Positions 25,598 through 26,699 of a DNA stretch of 26,699 nucleotides are shown one piece after another. The notes below the pieces were generated by a model. It was not told where the DNA came from and made no database searches. It worked only from the letters and a program-made list of their open reading frames with translations. Position 1 is the stretch's first letter. Every line of letters begins with the position of its first letter. The DNA comes from a virus (lineage: Duplodnaviria; Caudoviricetes), in the IMG/VR virus record IMGVR_UViG_3300017910_000608, positions 1 through 26,699 of that record; one strand, 5' to 3'. The position numbers and the translations under genes were made by a program.

Positions 25598-25724
25598 AGA
25601 AAACCAAACCAACGCGATTGAAAACGAAACTTTTGATGCGTACAGACAACAACAAAAACAAATAAATGAGGCAAAAAAAATATTAAAAAACAACGGATTT
25701 ATTGTTTATAAAAAATCTGAATAG
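25590..25724 (+). CDS. hypothetical protein, 44 aa
   Basis: Manual translation MNKENQTNAIENETFDAYRQ...; 8-nt overlap with the previous gene. Confidence 0.65.
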   Translation: MNKENQTNAIENETFDAYRQQQKQINEAKKILKNNGFIVYKKSE

Positions 25725-25810
25725 TGAATCCGTTTATTTTGCACCCATGTCCGGTTTGTTTGGCGCTTTGTTTTTTTGGATATTTGTATTTTAAAAAACG
25801 TAAAAAATAA
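25724..25810 (+). CDS. 28-aa putative membrane micropeptide with CPVC motif
   Basis: GTG start overlapping the previous TAG; MNPFILHPCPVCLALCFFGYLYFKKRKK; exactly fills the gap. Confidence 0.5.
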   Translation: MNPFILHPCPVCLALCFFGYLYFKKRKK

Positions 25811-25814
25811 AGCA

Positions 25815-26210
25815 ATGGCGAATCCGTATTCTAAATATTTAAAAGGTGAAGACAAATTGCAGCGCGCTGTTATTAATTATTTAGAATTACAACATCCGGA
25901 CGCGGTATTCACGCACCCAATGAATGAAGGCAAACGAACACCGTTTGAACAATATAAAATGAAATATTTAGGAACAAAACCCGGAATCCCGGATTTATTG
26001 ATTTTTACGCCAAACTGTCATTTTAACGGTTTAGCGATCGAATTAAAATATAAATATAATAGACCTACGGAAAGGCAAAAAAAGTGGCTTAAATGGCTTA
26101 AAAACTGCAATTGGGCGGCCATTTGGTCAAATGATTTGGAACAATGTATTGAAACAATTGACAAATATTTTAAAAATGAACTAATTATGCGCAATTTAGA
26201 TGAAGTATAA
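25815..26210 (+). CDS. VRR-NUC nuclease / Holliday junction resolvase-like
   Basis: EDKLQ, H..NEGKR, GTKPGIPDL, IELK, RPTERQKKW; ATG 25815 preferred over TTG 25776. Confidence 0.85.
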   Translation: MANPYSKYLKGEDKLQRAVINYLELQHPDAVFTHPMNEGKRTPFEQYKMKYLGTKPGIPDLLIFTPNCHFNGLAIELKYKYNRPTERQKKWLKWLKNCNWAAIWSNDLEQCIETIDKYFKNELIMRNLDEV

Positions 26211-26445
26211 AACAATTTATTTCGACGACAAAAATCAAAAAATTAGATTTACGCAATCATCGCCAAACGATATTGCGGTTTCTTACAATTATATTGGTAA
26301 ATCAACGCGCGTTGAATTTGATCTTTTTATCGAATTATTATGGTATAAATTTGAAGACGAAGACATCCAATTGGATCAGCTAAAAAAAATATTTGACGAA
26401 TTACGTTCCTTTTGCGACGGTATAAAATACAATTTGATTTTGTAA
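26200..26445 (+). CDS. hypothetical protein (81 aa)
   Basis: ATG overlapping the end of the VRR-NUC gene; consistent operon packing. Confidence 0.7.
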   Translation: MKYKTIYFDDKNQKIRFTQSSPNDIAVSYNYIGKSTRVEFDLFIELLWYKFEDEDIQLDQLKKIFDELRSFCDGIKYNLIL

Positions 26446-26468
26446 AAAATATTTTTACTTTTGAATGA

Positions 26469-26699
26469 ATGGAAAACAAAAAAAACTATTTTGCTGTAAT
26501 ACCGGCCCCGGTACGATATTGTAAAAAACTACAACCAAACGCAAAATTAATGTATGGCGAAATCACGGCTTTGTCAAATGATTCCGGTTACTGTTATGCT
26601 TCAAACGAATACTTTTCAAAACTTTATGGGGTTACTAAAACAAGCGTTTCAAAATGGATTTCGGCTCTGGAAAACAACAACTTTATAAAAATAAAATAT
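26469..26699 (+). CDS. phage replication initiator, N-terminal winged HTH, 3'-truncated
   Basis: NYFAVIPAPVRY...L.PNAKLMYGEITAL...GYCYASNEYFSKLY.V...VSKWIS.L; runs off the window end. Confidence 0.85.
   Translation, partial: MENKKNYFAVIPAPVRYCKKLQPNAKLMYGEITALSNDSGYCYASNEYFSKLYGVTKTSVSKWISALENNNFIKIKY

Noticed and set aside
985-26215. All minus-strand ORFs in the track
   Set aside because: They are shadows of convincing + strand genes (including the manually found micro-ORFs), short and without recognisable motifs.
1-26699. Stop-codon reassignment as in some Bacteroidota phages
   Set aside because: Genes are full length and densely packed under the standard code; TAA, TAG and TGA all act as stops; no suppressor tRNA seen.
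1-26699. Prophage/lysogeny module, tRNA or rRNA genes
   Set aside because: No integrase, att-like repeats, host genes or cloverleaf structures recognised in the window.

Overview
Nearly complete genome segment of a small tailed dsDNA phage (siphovirus-like, HK97-type head). The host is most likely a Bacteroidota/Flavobacteriia bacterium: TAnnTTTG-type promoters, A-rich start regions, no Shine-Dalgarno. All credible genes are on the + strand. Order: truncated Twinkle-like primase-helicase, DNA methyltransferase, TerS, TerL, a 750-aa portal with about 310 extra C-terminal residues, gpF-like head morphogenesis protein, prohead protease, major capsid, then an inserted separately transcribed island of micro-ORFs plus a PD-(D/E)xK nuclease. 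After the island come head-tail genes, a lysis cassette, a head-spike/fibre-like module, tail tube, tail chaperones with a -1 frameshift, tape measure and one large tail-tip protein. The window ends in an early recombination/replication module (HTH, annealing protein, SSB, RecE-like exonuclease, DnaA domain IV-like protein, VRR-NUC, truncated replication initiator). I saw no integrase, tRNA, CRISPR array or reverse transcriptase. Most notable: (1) a possible modular fibre-docking system shared by head spike and tail tip, (2) a portal carrying three cargo-like domains separated by Lys-ended linkers, (3) a micro-gene island built on a perfect 27-bp repeat, (4) a conserved late-promoter motif and probable leaderless genes. 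Family assignments are from motif recognition only; no database search was run.
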